Positions 1-12,700 of a DNA stretch of 64,000 nucleotides are shown here, piece after piece; position 1 is the stretch's first letter, and each line of letters starts with the position of its first letter. Below the pieces are notes generated by a model. It ran no database searches and was not told the DNA's origin. It saw only the letters and a program-made list of their open reading frames with translations. Where the stretch lies: positions 3,100,911 through 3,164,910 of the forward strand of contig MU058531.1 in NCBI GenBank assembly GCA_013265495.1, read 5' to 3'. Both the position numbers and the translations under genes were made by a program. The stretch comes from Vicugna vicugna. Its lineage: Eukaryota.

Positions 1-648
1 CAATTGACTCTTGGAGGGGGTTACGGATCCCAATTAAGACATTACATTTTATAATATATTTCTGCATATAAGTGTATCCACATCTGTATGCTTGAATCTG
101 AGAAACTATGCAAACAGTATTGTTCAGTTACATTACGTTATTGCATGAACTTTTGTGAACATGTCTGCTGTTTTAGACTATTGGGATCTCATTCGGCCTC
201 CTGTAGTATTAATTTACTTTGTAAGTTAGCCATACACTGGGGAATCAAATTATAACAAACTCCCTTAAGTGGCAGAGGCGAGAAGGAAGCAAGAGAAGTG
301 TAAGGGAAAAAAAGGCAGCTAAATAGGTACTCAAAAGAGGGCTGCTAGTGTATCAAAGGAAAGGAAAGAAGCTGAAGACATACTTAACCTACTTTATAAT
401 TTTGTGAGACCACAATAATCCTAATAATTTAAACTGAGGCAAGGGAAGATAAATGTGAATCAGCAGGGAAAAAAAAACCCCGTAAAATATAGGGACAGTC
501 GATCTCTGTATAGTGTACTAGTACCATCCACTAGGAGCAGATGAAACAGTCATAGATAAGCAATTGAAAAGAGATAAGGGACAGGGAAAGTGTCTCCAAC
601 AGAACTGGAAACTTCCAAACCATCTGACATCCTGAGTGTAGCTGGATT

Positions 649-654
649 TTTATT
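649..654 (-). terminator. Candidate polyadenylation signal AATAAA for FRA10AC1
   Basis: TTTATT on the + strand about 100 nt after the stop; the 3'UTR could instead extend past the window edge. Confidence 0.4.
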
Positions 655-754
655 TCCAAAGAGAAACCACTCAAGTTGCAACTTGTAGATAAAACTTCTG
701 TGAAAAGTTCAAAGTATACTTTCACATTAAAGAATGTAGGCATCTCTCTTTATC

Positions 755-797
755 TCACAGAAATAAATCTTGAAAATATTCATCAAATTCTTCTTCC
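755..797 (-). CDS. FRA10AC1: FRA10AC1 exon 14 coding part, [13 protein letters not shown] (TGA at 757-755)
   Basis: tag acceptor at 800-798; 43 coding nt ending in TGA. Confidence 0.95.
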
Positions 798-3700
798 CTA
801 TTTAAAAGAAAAATTGTACATATTGATTAAAATCAACAGAGAAAAAAATTAGATGAGATTAATAAAAATATTAATAAAAATAAAAGTTTAATCTAACATA
901 TTTGCTGATTCTTTTATATCTCAGTATATCTCATGATTCAGCTAATAATTCTTGGCTTCTAAAATAATCATAACTATACCCAGACTGATTAAATTAAAAA
1001 TGTTGTATATGTTAGTACCTCTCCCTAAACATTTTTTACCAAAGATTTTACTTTGAAGTACTTTGTGAAATGTCATTGCTTCTCTTAACTTTTTGGTTGA
1101 CTTTATAACTTACTCTGTTCATCCTCATTTCAAATTATAGTCTGATCAAAAAGTGAATGGAAAAGAAACTAAGGAAAAATATAACTTACTCCTAGGAACA
1201 GGGAAAATTTGCTTTTATTACTCTGAGAATAATACGTATTTGCAGCAGTAAAGATTATATCTAAAACAAAGAACACAACTCTGAAAGGAGATATTAAATT
1301 AAATTATAATGTGTTAAAATAATATGAAAATTGCAAAGTACTAAATAAATACTAGTGCTAGGAGCCAGAGTGATACAGTGGAAATAGCACAGGTTTTCAA
1401 GTCAGACAGTGTTTAAGTCCTAGCTCTGTCAGTTATTAGCTGGGTGAGCAAGTTATTTAACTTCTCTGGGCTCAGTTTCCTCATCTATAAAATGAAGAAC
1501 ATTACATTTCCTCACAGAGGTGTTGTAAGGACTGAATGTATACGCAGTTGCTTTTCTGACTCTGGGAATCAAGTTGGACAAATTCTGTCTACCAGTCTCT
1601 TTAGAAAATGTTCTTTTAGATCAGAGATTCACAATGGGACCCCATCATTTGGTTTTAAATAACTGTGAATGCATAAAGCTATCACAACCCGTTCAAATTT
1701 TTAAAAAATTAAAGAATTAGATAAAGTTGATTTAAAAATTATCTGTAGTTTGGTATTCTCCATGCTACTGTCCCTCTTCTCTAACATGATAGCAAAATGC
1801 AGTAGAATTGTTAAATTATAGTAAGAACTTAAATATATGAAATTAGCTGAATCTCTGTGTAGACTTAGATGTTAGTAACTGATGTCAAGTTTTTATAAAG
1901 TCACAAACGGTTCTGGATTATGAAACCCCTCTTAGGATTTACTCATTTATCTTTACTATCAAAAAAGGTGACTTGACTCTAAGACCTACTCTGTCATTTT
2001 CAGCTATATAGCTCTTCAAGGGCAAGTTATATGGATGGAAGTTCAGTCAATAGTTTGACTAGGGTAGCAATGCCTTTTTTATAATCTGATCTATAATGAC
2101 CACTCAATATGGGAATTCTTTATTTGGCTGAAAAAAAAAAAAGGTTAAGGTCACTGAAAAAAAGTAATCTTGTTCAAGAAAAACACTTTCCAATATACCT
2201 GAATTCTATTACACTGAGAACATATCATATAATTAGCAAGACATTTTATAATTGTTTTAAATTAGGGAATTATAATTGATTCAACAGGTTTCTTATTATG
2301 AACCAATATACCTAGAGACTAACAAAATGGGACTAAAATTTATTGAGCACTTACTATCGGTAGGTATTGTATCAGGTGCTCTATATTCTTTATTCTATTA
2401 AATCTTCACAATAAACTCTCTGTAGTAGGTATTATTTTGTCCTCTTTTAACAGATAAAGTTCAAATGGTGAACATATATGCAGTATATAACAAAAGCTGA
2501 TAATATTCCAGGTTAAATCCAGACAGCTCTTCCAATCAATAACAGAGAATAATGCATGCAATGAGTTATCTGTCTCTGGGGGCTAAGGTGGCTGTTGGCA
2601 AGAAAACTTTTACACTTGCATGTATCTTCAAGGGGCTCCCCTGTACAGGTTTACGATAATCATAATATCATGAACAGGCTGCTCTGGAAGCTAGTAAACA
2701 GCAACTGTCTAAAAGAATCTAAGCAGAGACTAGGGGGTCATCTGTTAAGGTGAACTGAGGAAAATTTATTCATCAAAAGGGAGCTGGACATGCTGGCCAT
2801 TTATGGCCACAAACAATGGATGGGAATAAAATCTGATCTCACTAGGCTAGGTGGTCCTTGGCATTAAATAAACATCCATGATGTTAAGTTCTTCATTAAC
2901 TGTTATTAAGAATGGCTACAGTCACAGCTTCCCAAACTGATGTAAAAGGTATGCATTATCTATTAATATTAGGACTTACTGTGATTTTTCATCTGTTTCT
3001 GGTAGTGGGCCCTTCCAAAGTTCAGATTCTGAAGTACTTTCCTCCTCATCAGAGTTTCCTGTTCATTCGAAAGAGATTTTTTTAAATGTGCATATTACAT
3101 TTAAAACACATTTTGAACTAACCACCAAGGCAATTAAGTTAATGTCAGATTTAACTGCAGTTTAGCTTCAACTTTTATGGCTCTCTGAAAATTTAATTCA
3201 CTTTTCCAGATCAATATATTCTTTTTAAAAGTAAATAAGCTGAGATATACCAAAGAGCCTCAGCAAAAATACCAAGGATTTAAAGTCTCATGGGAAAATT
3301 CTATAAGTTACACTGAGTTAAAGTAGCAATTCCAATATTAACTCTATATTATAAAGGAATTATCTCTTGCAATATAGCTGTCTTTAGCTTCTTTTTTCTT
3401 GTTCGTACAAAACACATGCAGGTTAAGATTTTTGCAGAGAGTATGTTTACATTAGGTTCAAGACCTCAAGAACTGAACTAGTATGTAGGACCAGCTAGTT
3501 GAATTATGAAAAAATATTTGTCAGTGTATTCTCATGCACTGTTAGGAGTAAAAATTCTAAAAATCTTTCTTCTTGAGGAAAGTCTAGCAATACAGATCGG
3601 TTGAAAAAGCAGATACCCTTTGACCAGCAATACTACTTTTAAGAATTTAATTATTTACTTAGAATAAATGAGCACCTCAGATATATGTATAGAGATATTC

Positions 3701-6700
3701 ACTGTATAACGACAACAAAAGAAAACAACCAAAATCCCCACCAAGTAGGGATAAAGGATTGGTTCAATAAATACTATACAGCTGTTATAAAAACTTTAGT
3801 ATATCTATATACATTACCATAGAAAAATGTCCATGCTATATCAAAATTTTAAGTTATAGAAAGCATGCACAGTATAATCCAATTTGCAGTTAAAACATTA
3901 TCTATATCTACATATAGATATACATATAGTATTATTTATACACATGTATGTACACACATAGATATGTGTGTGTGTATATATATATATATAAAAAGTTTTA
4001 TTACCCATAGGTCTGGGATATTTTTACTCTAATTTGTTTTTCCAAATTTTTTGTATTTTAAACAGTGATCATGTGTTACCTTCAAAGATCAGTAAAAAAA
4101 AAAAACCTTCTATTTTAAAAATATAACAAAACATATTTCAAATGGATCATACTATATTTACAAAATATAGTAACAAAAAAACTATCAAATAATGAAACAT
4201 CTATGATGAGACAATAAAATTACATGCTACAAAGTAATTATGTTAGCAAATAATTCCTCTGCAATAATGACCATTAGTCTAGAAAAGAAATGATACAAAT
4301 TTGGCCTGTCAACACAGAATGTCCCTTAGTTAAACACAACACAAAAATAAAACACTATTGATTTGCCACAGCAGTTTTAGCCTTTTCCCTGTTGAACTTT
4401 GGTCCTTAAGTCAGTGAGTCTGAACTTTGGTCCTAACTGAATCTATTCCAGCGCAAATTCTAAGAAAAATGGCACCAAAAAAAGGGGGAGGGAGTGAGGG
4501 GTTGTACTTCTAATGACCTAGACACAAAGATGATGAAATTATAAAGCTTTGGGAACAAGATTCCTGCTCAGTGACAGCCAGCACTAACACTGGAACTGCC
4601 ACTGTCCCAAACTGAATATGTGAAAAGGGAAAATAAAAGTCTTCTAGTCTTATTTTTATAAAAACTCACGGAGATAAAGAATGCACAGAAAAACTAATCA
4701 GGCCTAAAAAAGTTATCACTATAGCGTTATCCTGTTGATGATGTCAGAGAAGAAACCTATGAGGCCTTTGAAAGTGGGCAGCTAATTTCAAAAGGCCTTA
4801 TAACCATTTGTTCTCTTCTTCCGTTTCAAGAGTACTTCCCACATGCCAGCTTTCCTCCACCAGTTTTCTGATACCAGACAATCCAGTTTTACTAAAAAAA
4901 ACGAGTTTAGAATAACAATACAAAATAATTCTCTCTGAAAGAGAACATGCTGAAAAAGTGGCCAAATATTCTAAGAGGATCAAATCTACAAGATTGGACT
5001 ATATGATCTTTAAGTTCCTTACAATCTCAGGAATCTGTAATACCTAAATATAAATCTAAATACCTACTTCCCTGATGGTGACAGAATCTCACATCATTTC
5101 TCTGATAACTGCTACAACCTGCCAGAGTTGGGAAGGGTGTTGCTAAGGAAATAACAATAAGAATGTGCAATACAAACCGGTACTCCTGTGAAATCTACAC
5201 AATAGTAACTGACAAGTGGGGATCAGAATTTAAGACACTGATTCTGTGTTGGAAGGGGAGCTTGGAGGTCTGACCCTTATCTTACTGCAACACCTCTGTA
5301 ACAAGTGGCTGTCCATCTATGCTTGAGCACCTCACTACTGCCTGAAGCAGCCCAGTCCTTATTCCTTTCTTCGGATAGTCCTAATTGACAAGATTTTCCC
5401 TAAATTAAGGCAAAAGTCTGTTTTCTAGTTATTTTTATCCAGACTCTAGTTCTGCCAACCAGTCACCAAAAATAAGTCTCCTACATAGTAGCAGTTTTGC
5501 AAATATCTACAGTTTCCATGTCTGTCTCCTTACCCCTTCCCTCTTCACCTTTCTCTAAGCTAAACATCAAAGGTTCCTTCAACCTTCTTATCAAATTTCA
5601 AGTTCTGACACCACTTTGTTCTATTCTTGATCTGCTTTAAGTTTTCAATGTTCCTTTCAGAATGTAATGCAAACTGCACATCATTTTCCCTGCACGCTTT
5701 GAATAATGAAAGCAGGTCTATCATCTTATTTTTTTTTCTGGGTATTACAGGATACCTAAGTAACTTGGCCTACTGAAGAAGTGGCAAGTCTCCAATTATG
5801 ACAACAAATGGACATGTCTAAAGACTTAACTTTGGATCTGACCAATTCTAGAAAACAAACACAAAATCTGTTTATAATGTCCAGAATCTTCTTTTTCTCT
5901 TGTTACAACAATAATAGCTACAAGGTTATCAAGGAGTTACTTTATGTCAGACACATGCTTTACATGTTCATTATGTTATTTGACTCTGATAATAATCCAA
6001 TAGTTGCTTTACACCCATTTTACAGACAGAACTGAGACACAGACAGATCAAATCATTTAACGTGGATTTGTACAGTCAGTCTGCCAAAATTAGAGTACAA
6101 AGAATGGACTTAATTTGATCCACTGATGAAGAGTTACTGATGATATAGGTAAAAAGGCACAGACTTTGGAGTTATAAACCTGTGTTTATACCAGCTCTGC
6201 TATTAACCAACTATTTGACCTTAGGAATTTATGTAAATTCTCTGGGTCTTGGTTCTCTTGTCTGCAAAATGGGATATTACATGCCCATTACTAAGATTAA
6301 ATGAGGTACACAACTTGCCATTGTAAGGCAGTGAAGTAAACCACTTGCCATTGTGGTTGACAAATAATGCAAGTTAAAATTCTTTCTCCCCATACAAACT
6401 GGGTTTTTCTTTACGGATTTGGCTTTAATAATCCATATGTTGTTAGATGGGGTAAGAGGGTAACTGGATATTATCCAAATGGAAAAGAAATACAGAAAAG
6501 CAAAACCTGAGTTCTGAAATTGCCAAGACCACCTAAGAAGATACCTGGGTTTGGCATACCATAATAAGGTACATGTCTCCTACTCAAAATGGTTCTACTT
6601 CAAGAACCAAGCTAAGCCAGAGGTTCTTCAAGTTGGGTATAGTATTCTCCCCTACTTACCACTAGAAGTTTGACCTGGCTGAGGAGGGTAAAGAGACTTA

Positions 6701-9700
6701 GGACTATTGCTGGGAAAAGGGGGAGGATTGAGAGGGCTGGGGGAAGGACAGTGGGAGGGAGAATGATGGAAGAGGAAATGAAAGAATGAATATAAATAAG
6801 TCAAGACCCTTTCCCAAAAGACTTTTTTAACAATGAAAAACTGGAACTGGAAAAGGGCAATGTTTTCCCCACATTAAATAGGTCTTCACATCTCTCACTG
6901 CAATGGATAGCTGGATACAGGTAAAAGGCAAATAAAATTTCCCACTTTAACCTGTGCATGCCTTCTAAAAATATATATACTTACTACCCCATCTCCAGAT
7001 AGTGTAAGTCTATCATCTCACGCCTGGCTATGTTCTACAAACTGTCAGAAAACTAAACCTAAATTAGAAAAAGAAGTTACTGATAGATTAGGATTCACAT
7101 GGGTAGAAAGGAAGTGTCAGTGCTTTAGGACGCTTTAAATGTGTTGAAAACAAAATTGGTATAAGTAAAATAATTTATAAGGAATATGCTGTATTCCTAA
7201 ACTAGAGGAATACCTCCACTGACATCTCCCTCTTCACTGTATTTTTAAACAGTAAATACCTTAAAATTTTTTTTTCAGTGCAAAATTTCTGATTACTGAA
7301 TACTTAAATTCTCCTGAAGAGTTATACTAAAATGCTAATCATGTTTAATTTGAATGGTGGGATCTGGAGTAATTACTATTTTTCTAAGTTTGCCATAATA
7401 TGTATTACTTTAAAATGAGAAACAATTTAATTCTTAAATCTATAAATTTCCAAGTAAGCCTAGAAGTCTCAAATCTCTGAATTTTTATAAAATAAGTCCA
7501 GATATTATAAATTAGGTATGCTATTGAAATACACTTTATCATCAGACCCTAAGTCTATCTACTGCAAGGTCTTCAAGAAATTCAACACTGTATTACTATT
7601 GAGATTCAAAGGCTACTGTTCATTATATCACAAATGGTGCCCTCTTCTATAAACCTACAGGAGATTCTGCTCTCAAAACTCTGCCTGGAAAAAGCTGAGC
7701 ACCCTGTGAGTTCTCTTTAATATTGCATGGGTACAATTAATCATTCTACCAGTGGTTTGTTTGGTTTGGTTGTTAGGAAGAACAGTGACAAATCTGTGAC
7801 CTACCTTTGCAATTATGCAAGACTTTTTGGTAAACATTTGTCTGTATTAATTTTACCTCTAGCTTTACTTTGCTGTTCTTATTTTTCCATTACTCTGATT
7901 TTACCTTTAAAAAATCTTATTTTATTGTACATATCTTTGTAAGTCATTGTAAATACTTTTTGGAATGTTGCAGGAAAAAAATTATAAAATTTGTAGCAAA
8001 TATTCAATGAAATCCAATCTGGTGAAAACTATAGGACTTACAAAAAACTGACCAGTAGCAACCAGTTGCTAATATTCTGCTTTCTGTGTACAAACCACAT
8101 ATTTAATTTTATCAAAGTCACCAAATGACAGAGATAACTCAGTCCTGGGTAATATAAGCAACATTTCTTAAATTTTAATCCACTTCCCCAATTCTCTTTC
8201 CACCCCAACCTCATCCCTGTTTGTTTTCCTTCACATTCTACAATGTGAAGTTAAAATGTGTTATTTTTACTGAAAACAAAAATTTATGCTCTTCTATACT
8301 TAAAATAAGAAACTTTCCAATGTTCTAATTTGGGGAAGAAATATACTTTTGGTCTTTTTTCTATGATTTTTCTCACATAGTACAAAAACAAAAAGTAATT
8401 TACATCAGAGCAAGTCACAATTTGCAAATTTGCAAATACCATCAATCTATATATGTTTACTAAATAATACTTGATACTTACTGTTAATAGAAGTTTCTGA
8501 TTTCATTGAGGATGAATGTGCTGGAAAAAACACAACAACATCGTTTTGTCAAGAATCCTCCTGCAGTGGTGTAATAGCCATAGCTGTAACCAGAATTCTT
8601 TCCAATAGTCTAGAGGTTACCTTATAGTCCTATAGGAAAGTGCTTTGCTGTCATATAACCTTTCATTTTCCTTAGACTTACTGCCAGAATTAAAATGTTA
8701 GGTTCTTTTAGGCAGGGGTATTTTATGCTCTCGTACAGTCTGGAATATCTAGCATAAAACTTAAAAAATAATGAACACATTAAGAACTCTCATGTTGCCA
8801 GGGGAAAAAAACCTCATAGATCAGCTGCAGTATAACCAATATTTTATCTATAGATGTTCAATTTCTGAAAGCAGTTTACAAATACATATTTGTTTTTCTT
8901 AATACTTTTTTGAAGATCATATACAGGTGAAAATTCTCAGTAATTAAAAAAAAAAACTATGTCATAACACAAATGTTTTCAGTTCTACAATGGTTACCAA
9001 GAGAGGGAAATGGAAAGAGAAGAGTACTGAAGATCTGTTAGAGTACCTTTAAAAATCATCACTATACAGCATCTATCCAATTCATTCAGCTATCTAGCCA
9101 TACAGTTATCCATCCAATTATCTATCTATCCAATTATCCATCCATCCACTTATTTAACATTATGTACAATGGCGACCCAAGGCTATGGGAATAAATGGGA
9201 TCATACAGGTAGAACAGAGAGAAAAAAGAGAAGTTCTATAAGAGTCCTGAGGAATTCCAACATTTAAGGGTAAGACTGAGGAGGAACTATGATCAAAAGA
9301 GGCTGATGAGAGGTCAAAAAGATAGAAAATCAAGAAAGCAGATTATTTTGAGGAATGTCAATAGTCCAAATGTAGCTGAGATATTGAGCATTTATTAATT
9401 ACTATTCAAGTCTGGGCCAAATTAAGGTGGTCTGGCAAGAAAGTATGACATCAAGATCAACCTAGTTCCAGATGATCCCATTTAAGAAGACATTAAAGAG
9501 TTCTACATGGTCTTCCTAAAAGTTTGGTAATATATTGTCATTTTCTGCTTTATTTAGGAAAAAAAAATATATCCTGTACACCCTGCAATCAAAGGTACTC
9601 TGAATAAAGAATACATAAGAAACAGATGTCTCTAGTCTACTTGGCTTCGGTTTTCTATCTTTAAAGTTGCCCTGAAACAATCTTCAAAGTCTTTCATTTT

Positions 9701-12700
9701 CTCATGCTTTATTATTTATGCCTAATATATGCCAGTGGGATGCTGGGGTTAGAGCAATGAACACAGCAGATAGAATCCCTGCCCTCCTGTACTTTGATAT
9801 GATTGTCATATGTGTAATAAAGGGAAAGTTCCAGGGTTGTGACAGCATTATAAATAGGAGTCCTAACTTAGATTCAGAGTCAGGAAAGGATCCCTGAGGA
9901 AGTTAACATTTAAGTTTAGACCTGAAGGATGAGTTAGGATGGGACCAGGGGTTTTAGAGAGAGAGGCAGCAGCATCTACAGGGTCCCTAAATGGAAACAA
10001 GTTTGACATTTTCCAGAAACAGAAAGGCTATGTGGGTGGAGTGCGAAAGTGAGCTGGAGAGTAGTGAGAAACAAGCCTTGCATACTGGATCATACAGAGC
10101 CTTTGGGCTTTGTCCAGAAGTTGGTTATATGCTAAAAACAACAGAAAATCACTGCTAGATGGAGAATGGATTCAGGGGAGGGAGGTGGGATGACAAGACA
10201 GTGGTGGAATTAGTATGGATAATACAGCAGTAGCCTAGATGAGAAGACATGGTCGTTTGAACTAGCGGATAGAGAAATATATCCTGGTGGTAAAACTGAT
10301 GGATTTACATAAATAATGAGAAAAAAGAAGGCATCAAGGATAATTCCCAGATTTCTGGTATTAGTTTTTAGGCTGACAAGAGCGTCATCTACTGAAATAT
10401 AAAGGAAAAACATCTATAAGGAAGATTACATGCATGTACATATAATTTGAGGGGACAACTCCATTCCTAATCCCAAGTATCCAGCTACCTAATTAGCTGT
10501 TTTGAAGGTAATGAATGAACTTTTGCAGCAAAGGGATTAGTTCTTCTTTAATTTGAATAAGCAATGATTAACAAGGTATCATACAATGACATAAACACAA
10601 CAAAACTGAACGCTACAAAACTCTCAAATAGGATTCATTAAGTATTTTACTGGCACACAAGGATAAATAAAAAATTTTAAAATCTTACATGAGATTTTCA
10701 GATTTATTAATTAAAATTTATTTTGGAGTTGGAACATGATTTAGAGACAAAAAGGCATTCTGCTTCAAATACTGAAAAATCAGTATTTTCCTCTAACCAT
10801 CTTATCAATTTTACCAAGGCTAAAACTTGGTGATACCATACACTTGAATATATTGTGACATGTAAGCAGCAAAAAATGCACATAAGAATGGAACATAGCT
10901 AATGATCTTCATAGCTGGAGCAAGGGAGCCCTCTCCTGTCCAAGTATTAGGTAACATTGGCCAGAATCTAATTCAATCTACCATTATCTACCTAATTTAA
11001 GTCCGGTTCACTCTAGTTATAAGTCAGTTTGACTATTATGGACTGGATAAGCAATTAGCAGTAACCTTCGTAACAGCTAACTATGTGTCAAGTACTATGC
11101 AAACTGTTTACATGCATTATCTCATTTCAACTTCTGAAGAATCCTACGAGGTAGGTACAATTATCATGACCAGTTTACACATACAAACTTAAGGCTTAGA
11201 CAGCTTAAGGACTGCTGAGAAAGAAGTAAGCCGTTGACTTGGATTTGTATTTAATAATTATTTACTAATTATATGTGCACAGCACCATGTCAGGTTCTGA
11301 GGACACATATATGTCAATCTCTATCATTTCAAAAAGCTCATAAGCTAGTGAGAAAATCACGCGGATCATAATAATTGAAATCAGTGTTATAATTTTATAC
11401 GGACTTACAGATTATGTACTGATTTATAGCGTTCAAAGTGCCTTTCAGTCTTATCTAATTCTCCACAATAAGTACCAGCAGCACACAGGCCAGGTATTCA
11501 CATCACCACTACGTACATGAGGAAAGAAAAACTCAAGAAGTTCAGTGACTTGCTCAAGGTAGCAAGTCTATAAGTGACAAAACCAGGTATTAGAATGCTG
11601 TTCCAATATTATATTATCTGCCAAAAATGAGTCAAAACCAACCTTGTTCTTTAAATTCCTGTAAGTTACTGTAAATTCGTATCTAAATTCTCTAATCAGT
11701 TTCTTTTCAACTACTATAAAACAGAATTCTAAACGCACTAAGTAAATTCTATATTTGAGATATATGGAGATTATGCTTCATGTCCAGAAATATGAGTAAA
11801 TATTACATTTTTAGTTCCCTTTTACCTTTATCCTTTTTCTTAGAGGCTTCTTTTGTAGAAGATAATCTGGATTTTTTATGTGATGACTCTTCACAATCTT
11901 TTTTGGTTTTATCCTTTCTTTTTTTTGACTTGACTTCTTTTCTCCTTTATGTTGAACAATATAAAATTAAAGTTAACTTTTTCAACTGGTATTTCCAAAA
12001 AATAAAAATCAATGGGTAAAAAAATCAAATCAGTTAATCAAATCACTTATTTTTAAAATGTAATATACATTGTGAGGAACCCTTAAATGAGCCTGTAAAT
12101 GTATTAAGTTAGTATATTAAGATAAATCTACAAGATTATGAAGCCTGAACACTCTGAGACAAAGAATTATTTTTTATACATTCTGTATATAAACCTTAGT
12201 AAATGTAAGTCATAGTTTTACTCATTTCCTCCTTTTTATATTCTACTGTTTAGCCTTTCTACAAAATTACAAAAACAAATCTCATTTCCCTCCACATAAT
12301 TCATATCTACCTATACTTCGAGAAAACAAATAAAACAAGAAACCATTGAAACAATTTTAAACCACTGATAAACAGAAAATTCTTCTCTTAAGAATACAGG
12401 AATACAGTAAAGATATAATGGAATGAGAATGGAATGGCTTATTGGTAACTCATATGTATATTCTAGATCACTTATCCTTTTACTGCTATAGCTTTATCTC
12501 TTCTAGGCCAGGTTTACAAGATTGTCAGTACCATAGCTGGCAAGCAATTGACTTTAACTGGTTAAGAAAAGAAACTCTAAATAGGAAAAGGTGATAATGC
12601 TGAAACTGGAACTGGGAAAGAGGATGAAGAGACAACAGAGAGAATTACTTTCAAGAAACGTTTTATCAGATCTTTCAAATTAAGATATTTAGACCAAATA

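Noticed and set aside
11780..12019. Hydrophobic 79-aa + strand ORF
   Set aside because: Antisense shadow of the Lys-rich exon 11.
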